Shown: one piece after another, positions 21,678-30,422 of the stretch | Numbering within the stretch: the stretch's first letter is position 1 | Layout of the letters: every line of letters starts with the position of its first letter | Origin: Candidatus Saccharimonadota bacterium | GTDB taxonomy: Bacteria > Pseudomonadota > Gammaproteobacteria > Enterobacterales > Enterobacteriaceae | DNA: 32,000 nt | Assembly: GCA_049942965.1 (NCBI GenBank) | Contig: CP188088.1 | Location: forward strand, 480,001 to 512,000 | Direction: 5' to 3' | The notes under the pieces: generated by a model | Databases searched by the model: none | The model's input: the letters and a program-made list of their open reading frames with translations, nothing else | What the model was told of the DNA's origin: nothing | Translations under genes and position numbers: made by a program

Positions 21678-21713
21678 ATTTATTTTAAATAATTAATATT
21701 ATTTAAAATAAAT
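21678..21713. repeat. Perfect 16-bp A/T-only inverted repeat with a 4-nt centre
   Basis: atttattttaaataat (21678-21693), taat, then attatttaaaataaat (21698-21713). It lies 74 nt downstream of the purH stop. Confidence 0.6.
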
Positions 21714-21829
21714 AAAAATAAAAATCAACGTTTAAAAAATATTAAAACAATAAATCGAATTTGTTAAAAACAATATTAATTAAAAATTTTTTCCACAATT
21801 TTTAATTTTTTTATGAAAAAATAATTTAT

Positions 21830-21875
21830 AAAAAAAAAAAAAGATAACAAGATGCTTTTACAAAAGCATCTTGTT
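21830..21875 (-). terminator. Rho-independent terminator of metE
   Basis: The perfect 14-nt arms are aacaagatgctttt (21846-21859) and aaaagcatcttgtt (21862-21875). Read on the minus strand, the hairpin is followed by ATC plus a run of 13 T (complement of A13 at 21830-21842). It starts 54 nt after the metE stop. Confidence 0.75.
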
Positions 21876-21928
21876 GTTATAAACAAGATATGTTTGTTTA
21901 TAACTTGAACAAAAATATAATACAAAAA

Positions 21929-24217
21929 TTATTTTTTAGTTAAACTTAGTTTAACTAATTTTACTGCTTCTACCATATTTTTTAAAGAATCTATTGTTTC
22001 TTTCCAATTTCTAGTTTTTAATCCACAATCAGGATTCACCCATAATTTACTTATAGGAATAGTTTTTAATGCCTTTCTTAAAAATTTTTTCATACAATCT
22101 ATAGTAGGAACATTAGGAGAATGGATGTCATAGATCCCTGGTCCTATAGAATTAGGATATTTAAATTTTTTAAAAAAATCTAATAATTCCATATCTGATC
22201 TAGCAGTTTCAATAGTAATTACATCAGCATCTAATTTTACTATTGATTGCATTATTTCATTAAATTCACAATAACACATGTGTGTGTGAATTTGTGTTTG
22301 ATCTTTTACTCCAGAAGAAGCTAAACGAAATGAATTTACAGACCAGGATAAATAATCTTTCCAGTCAGTTTGTCGTAATGGCAATCCTTCTCGTAATGCA
22401 GGTTCATCAATTTGTATTATTTTTATTCCAGAATTTTCCAAGTCTAAAACTTCTTCTCGTAAAGACAATGCTATTTGATTAGAAATTTCTTCTTTAGATA
22501 GATCTTCTCTAAAGAAGGACCATTGTAATATCGTTACAGGTCCAGTCAACATTCCTTTTACAATTTTTTTAGTTAGTGACTGTGCAAAAACAGCCCATTT
22601 TACAGTAATGCTTTTTTTTCTTTTAACATCATTTACAATAATTGGAGGTTTTACACATCGAGAACCATAACTTTGAACCCAACCATATTCAGTAAATGCA
22701 AAACCTTCTAAATGTTCTCCAAAATATTCAACCATATCATTTCTTTCTGGTTCTCCATGAACCAAAACATCTAATTTCAGTTTTTCTTGCTCATGTATTA
22801 TATGTTTAATATGATTGCAAATTTCTTCTTCATATTTTTTATTACTTATAATATTTTTTTTGAAATCAAGACGTAATTTCCGTATATCTTTGGTTTGAGG
22901 AAAAGAACCAATAGTTGTTGTTGGTAAAATAGGGATTTTTAATTTTAATTTTTGAATTTCATAACGAATATTATATGAATTATTTCTTTTTAAATTTTTT
23001 GAAAAAATATTTATTTTTTTACTTTTTGTATCAATAGCACTTTCCTTGTTTGTATTTTTTTTATTTCTATTGAAAATAGAATGACTCCATTTTTTTATTT
23101 CAAAATCTAATCCAGATTTTAATGCTTGAGATAATAAATATATTTCTTCACATTTTTGTATTGCAAAAGAAAAACGATTTTTTAGTTTTAATTCTAATTT
23201 TTTTTCTTTTAAAACATCAATTGGAACATGTAATAGTGAACAAGAAGAAGAAATCCATATATTTTTTCTAATTTTAATTATTGGACTTAAAACATTGAAC
23301 CAATTTAATAAATTTGATTTCCAAATGTTCCTACCATTAATAACACCTAAAGAAAGAACCCAACTTTTAGGAATTGATGAATTTAATAAATTTAAATTAT
23401 ACTTTCCATGTATTAAATCTACGTGTAATCCTTGAATCGGCAGTTTTCTTATAATATCTAAATTATGAGAAATACTACCAAAATAAGTAGTCAATAACAA
23501 ATTATTTAATCCAATTAAATATTTATATGCAATAGAATAAGATTCTTTCCATTTTTCTGATAAATCACATGCTAATGCAGGTTCATCAACCTGAATCCAA
23601 TCTACACCTAAATTTTTTAATTTTATAAAAATTTCTTTATATACGGGTAATATTGACTGTAATAAATCTAATTTATTAAAATTTTCACCTTTAATTTTTC
23701 CTAACCATAAATATGTTATAGGACCTATTAAAACAACTTTTATTCTAATTTTCAATAATAAAGCTTCTTTTACTTCATTAAATAATTGATTCCATCCTAA
23801 AAAAAATTTTTGATCCTTAAAAAATTCTGGTACTATATAATGGTAATTAGTATTAAACCACTTAGTCATATCCGAAGCAGCGATAGATTTTTCGTTTTTA
23901 GTAATCCCTCTTGCAATAGAAAACAAAAGATCTAGTTTTTGTTCTTTTTTATAATTTAATTTTTCAAATCTTTTTGGAATATTTCCTAACATCATGCTCA
24001 TAGTTAAAACATGATCGTACCATGCAAAATCACCAACAGTAATAAAATCAAGCCCTAATTTTTTTTGGTTTAACCAATTTTTATTTCGTAATTCATAACC
24101 TATTTTCGTTAAATCTCTATAAGAAATTTCCTTCTTCCAATAACTTTCCTGTCCTTTCTTTAATTCACGATTCAAACCAATCCTAGGAAATCCAAGAATG
24201 TGACTTAAAACAGACAT
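21929..24217 (-). CDS. metE: Cobalamin-independent methionine synthase
   Basis: 762 aa (E. coli 753 aa), with the N-terminus MSVLSHILGFPRIG. The C-terminal zinc-site contexts HTHMCYCEF and NPDCGLKTR are present. Confidence 0.96.
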   Translation of the reverse strand: MSVLSHILGFPRIGLNRELKKGQESYWKKEISYRDLTKIGYELRNKNWLNQKKLGLDFITVGDFAWYDHVLTMSMMLGNIPKRFEKLNYKKEQKLDLLFSIARGITKNEKSIAASDMTKWFNTNYHYIVPEFFKDQKFFLGWNQLFNEVKEALLLKIRIKVVLIGPITYLWLGKIKGENFNKLDLLQSILPVYKEIFIKLKNLGVDWIQVDEPALACDLSEKWKESYSIAYKYLIGLNNLLLTTYFGSISHNLDIIRKLPIQGLHVDLIHGKYNLNLLNSSIPKSWVLSLGVINGRNIWKSNLLNWFNVLSPIIKIRKNIWISSSCSLLHVPIDVLKEKKLELKLKNRFSFAIQKCEEIYLLSQALKSGLDFEIKKWSHSIFNRNKKNTNKESAIDTKSKKINIFSKNLKRNNSYNIRYEIQKLKLKIPILPTTTIGSFPQTKDIRKLRLDFKKNIISNKKYEEEICNHIKHIIHEQEKLKLDVLVHGEPERNDMVEYFGEHLEGFAFTEYGWVQSYGSRCVKPPIIVNDVKRKKSITVKWAVFAQSLTKKIVKGMLTGPVTILQWSFFREDLSKEEISNQIALSLREEVLDLENSGIKIIQIDEPALREGLPLRQTDWKDYLSWSVNSFRLASSGVKDQTQIHTHMCYCEFNEIMQSIVKLDADVITIETARSDMELLDFFKKFKYPNSIGPGIYDIHSPNVPTIDCMKKFLRKALKTIPISKLWVNPDCGLKTRNWKETIDSLKNMVEAVKLVKLSLTKK

Positions 24218-24331
24218 TTTAAAAATTCCTTATATGAATATATTGATTTCACAAAAAATGTTTTTTAATTATTAAAATACTAAAAAATTTATCATTTTAA
24301 TTAAAAAAAACTGTTTTTAAAACATAAAATT

Positions 24332-25135
24332 TCATAAAGAAAATAAAGAACGCAAATAACAAGCAACACCATCTTGTTCATTTGTACTAATTACTTCCAT
24401 TGAATTAAGTGTTTTTTTTAACTTTAAATCAGCATTTCCCATAATACAACCTTTTCCTGAAATTTCTAACATATCTTGATCATTCATTCCATCTCCAAAA
24501 GCAATAAAATCTTTTGTAGAAAAACCTAGAAGATTTGATATAAATTTTAAAGATTTTCCTTTAGAAACTTTATATGGAACTATTTCCAAGCATTCAGGAA
24601 AAGAAAAAAAAACGTTTATTTTTTTTTTACTTCCCCATAAAAAAATAATTTCTTTTTTTAAATTTTCTAATTTTTTTATGTTAGAAGAAGTAAAAAAAAT
24701 TTTATTAACTTTATGAAGAGAAAAATTGACAAACTTTAAAAGTTTATATTTTAATGATAATTTTTTACAAAAATTATTATTATATTCATTGGTATCTATA
24801 TACCAATTATCATTAGTATATATTTGAGTTGTTATTTCTTCATCATTTCTCCTAATTTTTAATAAAGAACTAACAACACTTTTTTCTAAAAATGAATTAA
24901 AAACTAAATTTCCTTTTAGATCATAAATTCTTGATCCATTGGAAGTAACTAAATAAGAATTTAGATTTAAATTGTTTTTTAAATCAATTAAATCCATATA
25001 ATGTCTACCAGTAGCAATTATAAATTTAATTCCTTTAGAAATTAACAATTTTATAGTTCTTTTTGTATAATTAGTAATTTTATATTTCGAATTAAAAAGC
25101 GTTCCGTCTAAATCAGAAATCACAACTTTATACAT
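24332..25135 (-). CDS. yigL: HAD-superfamily (Cof-type) phosphatase, YigL-like
   Basis: 267 aa. The N-terminus MYKVVISDLDGTL matches E. coli YigL (MYQVVASDLDGTL). HAD motif I is DLDGT and the late motif is FGDGMND. Confidence 0.88.
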   Translation of the reverse strand: MYKVVISDLDGTLFNSKYKITNYTKRTIKLLISKGIKFIIATGRHYMDLIDLKNNLNLNSYLVTSNGSRIYDLKGNLVFNSFLEKSVVSSLLKIRRNDEEITTQIYTNDNWYIDTNEYNNNFCKKLSLKYKLLKFVNFSLHKVNKIFFTSSNIKKLENLKKEIIFLWGSKKKINVFFSFPECLEIVPYKVSKGKSLKFISNLLGFSTKDFIAFGDGMNDQDMLEISGKGCIMGNADLKLKKTLNSMEVISTNEQDGVACYLRSLFSL

Positions 25136-25395
25136 AAACCCTCAAAAAATAAATATTTTTGATACTTTAAAAAAGCAAAAAAAATTTAATTTATTAATTA
25201 ATCAAAATAATTATCATATTAATGATAATTTTTTAAAAAAGATAAAAAGTTTGTTAAATCAAATTTATAAATTAAATAATTTTTTTTATTTATTTGAAAA
25301 TCTAAAATACGAATTTTTAAACAAATAAAAAAAATATTAACTTTTAATTTTTTTTAACATCTTTAATTTGGAAGATTAATTATTTGAAACATTTA

Positions 25396-26253
25396 TTATG
25401 ATTCAATTGCTATTCTTAATTTTTTCATAGCATTTTTTTCTAGTTGTCTAACTCGTTCTGCAGATATTCCATAGTTGTTAGCTATTTCTTGCAAAGTATT
25501 TTTTTTATTACTATCTAACCATCTTGCATTAATTATGTTTCTACTTCTTTCATCTAATTTTAAAATAGCATTATTTAATTTAAGAGTAGCATGTTCCTCC
25601 CAATTATTTAACTCTAATAAAGTTGCAAAATCTGAAGAATCATCTCTAAAATGAGAAATTGTTGATTTTGCTCTATTTTCATTTTCAGACCCTTCAGAAA
25701 TTAAATTAAATGTTACATCTTGAGCTGACATTCTTGATTCCATCTCTTTGACATCTTGTATACTTACTTTTAATTCATTGGCAACAATTTTAATTTCTTC
25801 TTGATTAAACCAACCTAACCTTTTTTTATTTTTTCTTAAATTGAAAAATAATTTTCTTTGTGCTTTTGTAGTTGCAACTTTTACAATTCTCCAATTTTTA
25901 AGAACGTACTCATGTATTTCTGATTTAATCCAATGAACAGCAAAAGAAACTAATCGAACTCCAATTTTAGGATTAAATCTACGAACTGATTTCATTAAAC
26001 CAATATTTCCTTCTTGAATTAAATCAGAACGAGATAGTCCGTAACCGGAATAACTTCTAGCAATATGAATAACAAATCTTAAATGAGATAAAATTAAAAT
26101 TTTTGCAGCATCTAAATCTCCTTCAAAATACAATTTTTTAGAAAGCATTTGTTCTTCTTCCAAGGATAACATTGGACTAGAATTAACAGATCTAATATAA
26201 GAATCTAAATTACCTAAAGAAACAATTGATAATTTTTTTTTTCTATCTAACAT
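25396..26253 (-). CDS. rpoH: RNA polymerase sigma-32 (heat-shock sigma factor)
   Basis: 285 aa. It is collinear with E. coli RpoH, including the RpoH box [10 protein letters not shown] and the region 4 sequence [18 protein letters not shown] Shine-Dalgarno AGAGG (complement of 26260-26264) lies 6 nt upstream of the ATG. Confidence 0.96.
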   Translation of the reverse strand: MLDRKKKLSIVSLGNLDSYIRSVNSSPMLSLEEEQMLSKKLYFEGDLDAAKILILSHLRFVIHIARSYSGYGLSRSDLIQEGNIGLMKSVRRFNPKIGVRLVSFAVHWIKSEIHEYVLKNWRIVKVATTKAQRKLFFNLRKNKKRLGWFNQEEIKIVANELKVSIQDVKEMESRMSAQDVTFNLISEGSENENRAKSTISHFRDDSSDFATLLELNNWEEHATLKLNNAILKLDERSRNIINARWLDSNKKNTLQEIANNYGISAERVRQLEKNAMKKLRIAIES

Positions 26254-26437
26254 TCTATTCCTCTTTTATATTTAAAAGATCTTAAAAATTAAAAAATAGC
26301 ATAAAAAAAACACTTATTTTTTGATAAAAAATACGTATATCTAAATACATCATATCACATATAAAAATAAAATGTATTTTCTGTAATTATATAAAACTAA
26401 TTAACTATTATGAATATTTTTAGTACTTTAAATAAAA

Positions 26438-27577
26438 TTATTTTAATTTGTATTTTTTAAATAACATGTTTATAAAATCAACACTACGAAAAATAAGCAA
26501 ATCCGATGATTTTTCACCAATCCCAATATATCTAATGGGTATTAAAAATACATGAGCTATAGAAAAAATTATTCCTCCTTTTGTAGATCCATCTAATTTA
26601 GTAATTATTAAACCAGTAATACCCAAAAATTCATTAAAAACTTTTACTTGTAGAACAGCATTTTGACCTATAGTTGCATCAATAACTAATATTGTTTCAA
26701 ATACACTAGAAATAGGAATGTTATTCTTAATAACACGAACAACTTTTTTTAATTCTTCCATTAAATTTAATTTATTTTGTAATCGTCCAGCTGTATCAAT
26801 AATTAACACATCAATATTTTTTGTTTTAGCAATATTAATTGCATTAAAAACAATTGAAGAAGGATCTTTGTGTTTTGAATCAACAGCTGAAATAACTGGA
26901 ATTTTATACATATTTCCTAATTCTTCCAATTGTTCTAACGCGGCTGCTCGAAAAGTATCTCCAGCTACCAATGCAACAGCTTTTCCAAGTTTTTTGTATT
27001 TTCTTGACAATTTTCCTATTGTTGTAGTTTTACCTGATCCATTAACCCCAACTACTAAAATAATAGTTAAATCTTTCATTTGTTCTATAAGAAAAGGATT
27101 TTCTACTTTTTTTAAAATAATGCTCATTATTTGTTTTAGTTGATTATATAAAATATCTGAATTATTCCAATATTCTTTCTTTACGTTTTCCCGAATACTA
27201 TCAATAATATAGTTCGTAGTTTCTATATTTATATCTGAAACTAATAATTGTTCTTCTAAACTTTCTAAAAGAGAACTATCAATTTCTTTTTGAAAAAAAA
27301 TTTTTTTAAAACCTTTTGAAAATTTTTGACTAGTCTTATATAATTTTTCCCTTAAACGAGAAAAAATATTTTTTTTAGAATTTTCTAATATTCCATCATT
27401 TTGATGGACTTCTTTAGTTTCTTTTACTAAAGTATTTATATTTTCTTCATTTAATACTGTTCTTTTATTTTTATTAGCAACAGAAGTTGTTTTTTTTTCA
27501 TGTATTAAATTTGAATTTAAAACTTTATTTTTAGAACGAAAAAAAGAAAAAAATCCTGTTTTTTTATCTTTAGACAT
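26438..27577 (-). CDS. ftsY: Signal-recognition-particle receptor FtsY (short N-terminal domain)
   Basis: 379 aa. The NG domain carries the GTPase motifs GVNGSGKTTTIGKL, DTAGR and TKLDG. The N-terminus MSKDKKTGFFSFF resembles E. coli MAKEKKRGFFSW. Confidence 0.95.
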   Translation of the reverse strand: MSKDKKTGFFSFFRSKNKVLNSNLIHEKKTTSVANKNKRTVLNEENINTLVKETKEVHQNDGILENSKKNIFSRLREKLYKTSQKFSKGFKKIFFQKEIDSSLLESLEEQLLVSDINIETTNYIIDSIRENVKKEYWNNSDILYNQLKQIMSIILKKVENPFLIEQMKDLTIILVVGVNGSGKTTTIGKLSRKYKKLGKAVALVAGDTFRAAALEQLEELGNMYKIPVISAVDSKHKDPSSIVFNAINIAKTKNIDVLIIDTAGRLQNKLNLMEELKKVVRVIKNNIPISSVFETILVIDATIGQNAVLQVKVFNEFLGITGLIITKLDGSTKGGIIFSIAHVFLIPIRYIGIGEKSSDLLIFRSVDFINMLFKKYKLK

Positions 27578-27698
27578 AAAATATAATCCTAATTTAAAAA
27601 AATTAATTTATGTGCATTTCAAAACACTTATTTTAAGAAATCAAATTTTCTTTAATCCTAATATTTTAAAAAATAATAATAAACTAAATATAAACTAA

Positions 27699-28295
27699 AT
27701 GATGAAAAAAAAAAATAGCAAAAAAATTCGAATTATTGGAGGAAATTTAAAAGGAAGTATATTATTTACAAAAAAATTTATCAATGTAAAACCAACAACA
27801 AACTATATGAGAGAAACATTATTTAATTGGATACGTCCAAAAATAAATCAATCAAATTGTTTAGATTGTTTTTCAGGAACTGGTGCATTGTCAATAGAAG
27901 CTATTTCGCAAGGAGCAAATTCAGTAATAGCTCTAGAAAAAAATAACAAAAATGTTTTTCTAGCTAAAGAAAATTTAAAAAGATTAAAAATTTTTAAAAA
28001 AATTAAATTTGTTATTTGCAACACTTTAATTTGGCTAAAAAAAAAAAGAAATATAAATTTTAACATAGCTTTTATTGATCCTCCATTTAAAAAAAAAATG
28101 GTAGAAAAAACAGCTTTTTTATTAGAAAAAAATTGTTTTCTTACAAAAAATTCAATTATTTATATTGAAATGGAAAATAATAAAAAAAAAATTATAGTTC
28201 CAAAAACATGGAAACTTAAAAAAAAAAAAATAAAAAATAATGTTTTATATTTAATTTATAATAAAATCAATAATTGTAATTCTATTGTTGATTAA
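27699..28295 (+). CDS. rsmD: 16S rRNA (guanine966-N2)-methyltransferase RsmD (YhhF)
   Basis: 198 aa, with the motifs IRIIGGNLKG, RETLFNW, the SAM-binding LDCFSGTGALSIEA, and FIDPPF. It is divergent from ftsY, as in E. coli. Confidence 0.9.
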   Translation: MMKKKNSKKIRIIGGNLKGSILFTKKFINVKPTTNYMRETLFNWIRPKINQSNCLDCFSGTGALSIEAISQGANSVIALEKNNKNVFLAKENLKRLKIFKKIKFVICNTLIWLKKKRNINFNIAFIDPPFKKKMVEKTAFLLEKNCFLTKNSIIYIEMENNKKKIIVPKTWKLKKKKIKNNVLYLIYNKINNCNSIVD

Positions 28296-28352
28296 AAAAA
28301 TAATTATTTATAAGATAAAATTTTTAGAACTAACTAATTCAAATATAAAAAA

Positions 28353-28907
28353 ATGAACAATAAAAACAAAATAGAAAGTATTTCTTTAAATGATTTTTTA
28401 AAAAACCCAATTGAAAAAATAAAGAAAAATCAAAAAAAAATATTAGCATTATTAAATAATAATTTACCAATTGCATATTTAATTAAACCTGAATTACTAA
28501 AAAGATTTCTTGCAATTGAAACTGCTTATAAAGAAACAAAATCAAATATAAATTTATTAAAATCATTATTCTTAAAAAAAAACCAAGATAGAGAAAATAA
28601 AATAAAAGAAAATCAATGTGGAAAATTTCTTATGTATGAATCATGGAATCCAGACAAAGATTTTTTAAATAAATCAGCTTTATGGGGTATAGATCTAAAT
28701 GAATATCCAAAAAAAAGTGAATTAGCTTTATTTATATCATATTGGAAAGCTGAAGGAAGAATGTTTCACCACATACAATGGCAACAAAAATTGGCTAGAA
28801 GTTTACAACAAAGTAGATATTTGAATTTTAAAAAAACAATAAAAACAGATATAAATGAATTGTCTAATCCTGATTTAATTACTCCGGAAGGATTTAGAGG
28901 AAAGTAA
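28353..28907 (+). CDS. dnaT: Primosomal protein DnaT
   Basis: 184 aa. The C-terminal half is clearly DnaT-like (FISYWKAEGRMFHHIQWQQKLARSLQ and PEGFRG) compared with E. coli DnaT. It lies directly upstream of dnaC, as in E. coli. Confidence 0.88.
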   Translation: MNNKNKIESISLNDFLKNPIEKIKKNQKKILALLNNNLPIAYLIKPELLKRFLAIETAYKETKSNINLLKSLFLKKNQDRENKIKENQCGKFLMYESWNPDKDFLNKSALWGIDLNEYPKKSELALFISYWKAEGRMFHHIQWQQKLARSLQQSRYLNFKKTIKTDINELSNPDLITPEGFRGK

Positions 28908-28911
28908 AGTT

Positions 28912-29658
28912 ATGAAAAATTACTATCATTCAAAAATACTAAAAAAACTAAAACAATTAATTCCAAGTCGAATACAACCAAAATTTAAAAATGAAAAAGA
29001 ATTGTTATCTTGGAATCAAAGAGAGGGAAAAAAATTTTCTCAATCCATAATTAGAGAAAATAAAGCAATTAAAATGGAAAAAATACTAGGAAATTCCGGA
29101 ATAAGAGAATTATATATGAACTGTTCATTTGATAATTATCAAATTCAACACGACGGACATAGAAAAGTAGTAAACTCTGCTAAAAAATACGCAGAAGAAT
29201 TTAATTCCAATATTGCAAGTTTTATTTTTTCAGGACGTCCAGGTACTGGAAAAAATCATTTAGCATCAGCTATTGGAAATTATTTAATTTTACATGGAAA
29301 AACTGTTTTAATAGTTACAGTAGCTGATCTAATGTCTAATATGAAGAATACTTTTAACAATTCTAGTAGAACTACAGAAGAAAAACTAATAAATACACTT
29401 AGTACTGTCGATTTACTAATGATTGATGAAATTGGAATGCAAACAGAATCACGATATGAAAAAGTAATAATAAACCAAATTGTAGATAGAAGATCTTCTT
29501 CAAAACGATCAACAGGAATGTTGTCAAATTTAGATCATAAAGGAATGACAGCTTTACTTGGAGAAAGAGTAATTGATAGAATGTGTTTAGGGAATAGTTT
29601 ATGGCTTACTTTTGAATGGGATAGCTATAGAAAATACATTACAGGAAACGAATTTTAA
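28912..29658 (+). CDS. dnaC: Replicative helicase loader DnaC
   Basis: 248 aa, collinear with E. coli DnaC. Walker A is GRPGTGKNHL and Walker B is LLMIDEIG, with VIINQIVDRRSSSKR also present. An AGGA inside the dnaT 3' end lies about 10 nt upstream of the ATG. Confidence 0.95.
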   Translation: MKNYYHSKILKKLKQLIPSRIQPKFKNEKELLSWNQREGKKFSQSIIRENKAIKMEKILGNSGIRELYMNCSFDNYQIQHDGHRKVVNSAKKYAEEFNSNIASFIFSGRPGTGKNHLASAIGNYLILHGKTVLIVTVADLMSNMKNTFNNSSRTTEEKLINTLSTVDLLMIDEIGMQTESRYEKVIINQIVDRRSSSKRSTGMLSNLDHKGMTALLGERVIDRMCLGNSLWLTFEWDSYRKYITGNEF

Positions 29659-29696
29659 TCAAATAAATTTCAAAAACTAATTTAAAAATTTTTTCA

Positions 29697-30269
29697 TTAT
29701 TTTTTTATTCTAGAAACATATTTAGAATTTCTAGTGTCAACTTTTACTAAGTCTCCTATAGAAATAAATAACGGTACTTTTATTTTAATTCCATTTTCTA
29801 AAATAGCAATCTTTTCACTAGAACCAAATATATCACCTTTTTTCAATTGTTCGGTGTCAATTATTTTTAATTTAATAAAATTACTTGGAGCAACTGATAT
29901 AATTTTATTATTCCATAAAGTTACTAAATAAGAATTTTGTTCTATTAACCATTTCAACTCATTTTTTAAAATTTTTTTTTCAACTAAAAATTGATCAAAA
30001 TTTTTTTTATTCATAAAATACCAAAAATGACCATCATTGTATAAATAAATTAAATCAATATCTACAATATCTGCAAGTTCTAAAGAAGAAGAATCAGTAA
30101 CTTTAAAAGTTTTATCTAATAACTGTCCAGTTAGCAATCTTCTCAGTTTTACACGAACAAATGCCTGTCCTTTTCCAGGTTTTATAAATTCACTAGATTC
30201 AATTAAATAAGGTTCTCCTTCAAAAATGACTTTTAATCCTATTTTAAAATTACTGTTTATAGATTTCAT
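29697..30269 (-). CDS. efp: Elongation factor P
   Basis: The ORF-track start at 30362 adds 31 hydrophobic or low-complexity residues. The ATG at 30269 gives MKSINSNFKIGLKVIFEGEPY, aligning with the E. coli EF-P N-terminus, for 190 aa versus 188 aa. The modified-lysine loop KPGKGQAFVRVKLRRLLTG is conserved. Confidence 0.92.
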   Translation of the reverse strand: MKSINSNFKIGLKVIFEGEPYLIESSEFIKPGKGQAFVRVKLRRLLTGQLLDKTFKVTDSSSLELADIVDIDLIYLYNDGHFWYFMNKKNFDQFLVEKKILKNELKWLIEQNSYLVTLWNNKIISVAPSNFIKLKIIDTEQLKKGDIFGSSEKIAILENGIKIKVPLFISIGDLVKVDTRNSKYVSRIKK

Positions 30270-30422
30270 TATTTTCTCAATACCAAAAAAATAATATAAA
30301 AATGTTCTATATATCTTAAATAAAAAAATCAATATGATTGTATTTCTTCTAACTCTAAACATTTTAAAATATAATAATAAAAACTATTTTTTACAAAAAA
30401 CTAAAAAAATAAAATACAGAAA

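Noticed and set aside
21789-21797. DnaA-box-like 9-mer TTTTCCACA in the purH-metE spacer.
   Set aside because: It is a single match to the relaxed consensus TTWTNCACA with no clustered boxes and no adjacent origin-type gene context. A chance occurrence is likely.
25205-25245. A/T-rich inverted repeat (aattatcat-atta-atgataatt) in the rpoH-yigL spacer, a possible rpoH terminator.
   Set aside because: It is a 9-bp stem with a single G:C pair, lies about 150 nt from the rpoH stop, and has only a modest flanking T-run. It cannot be distinguished from chance palindromes in this composition.
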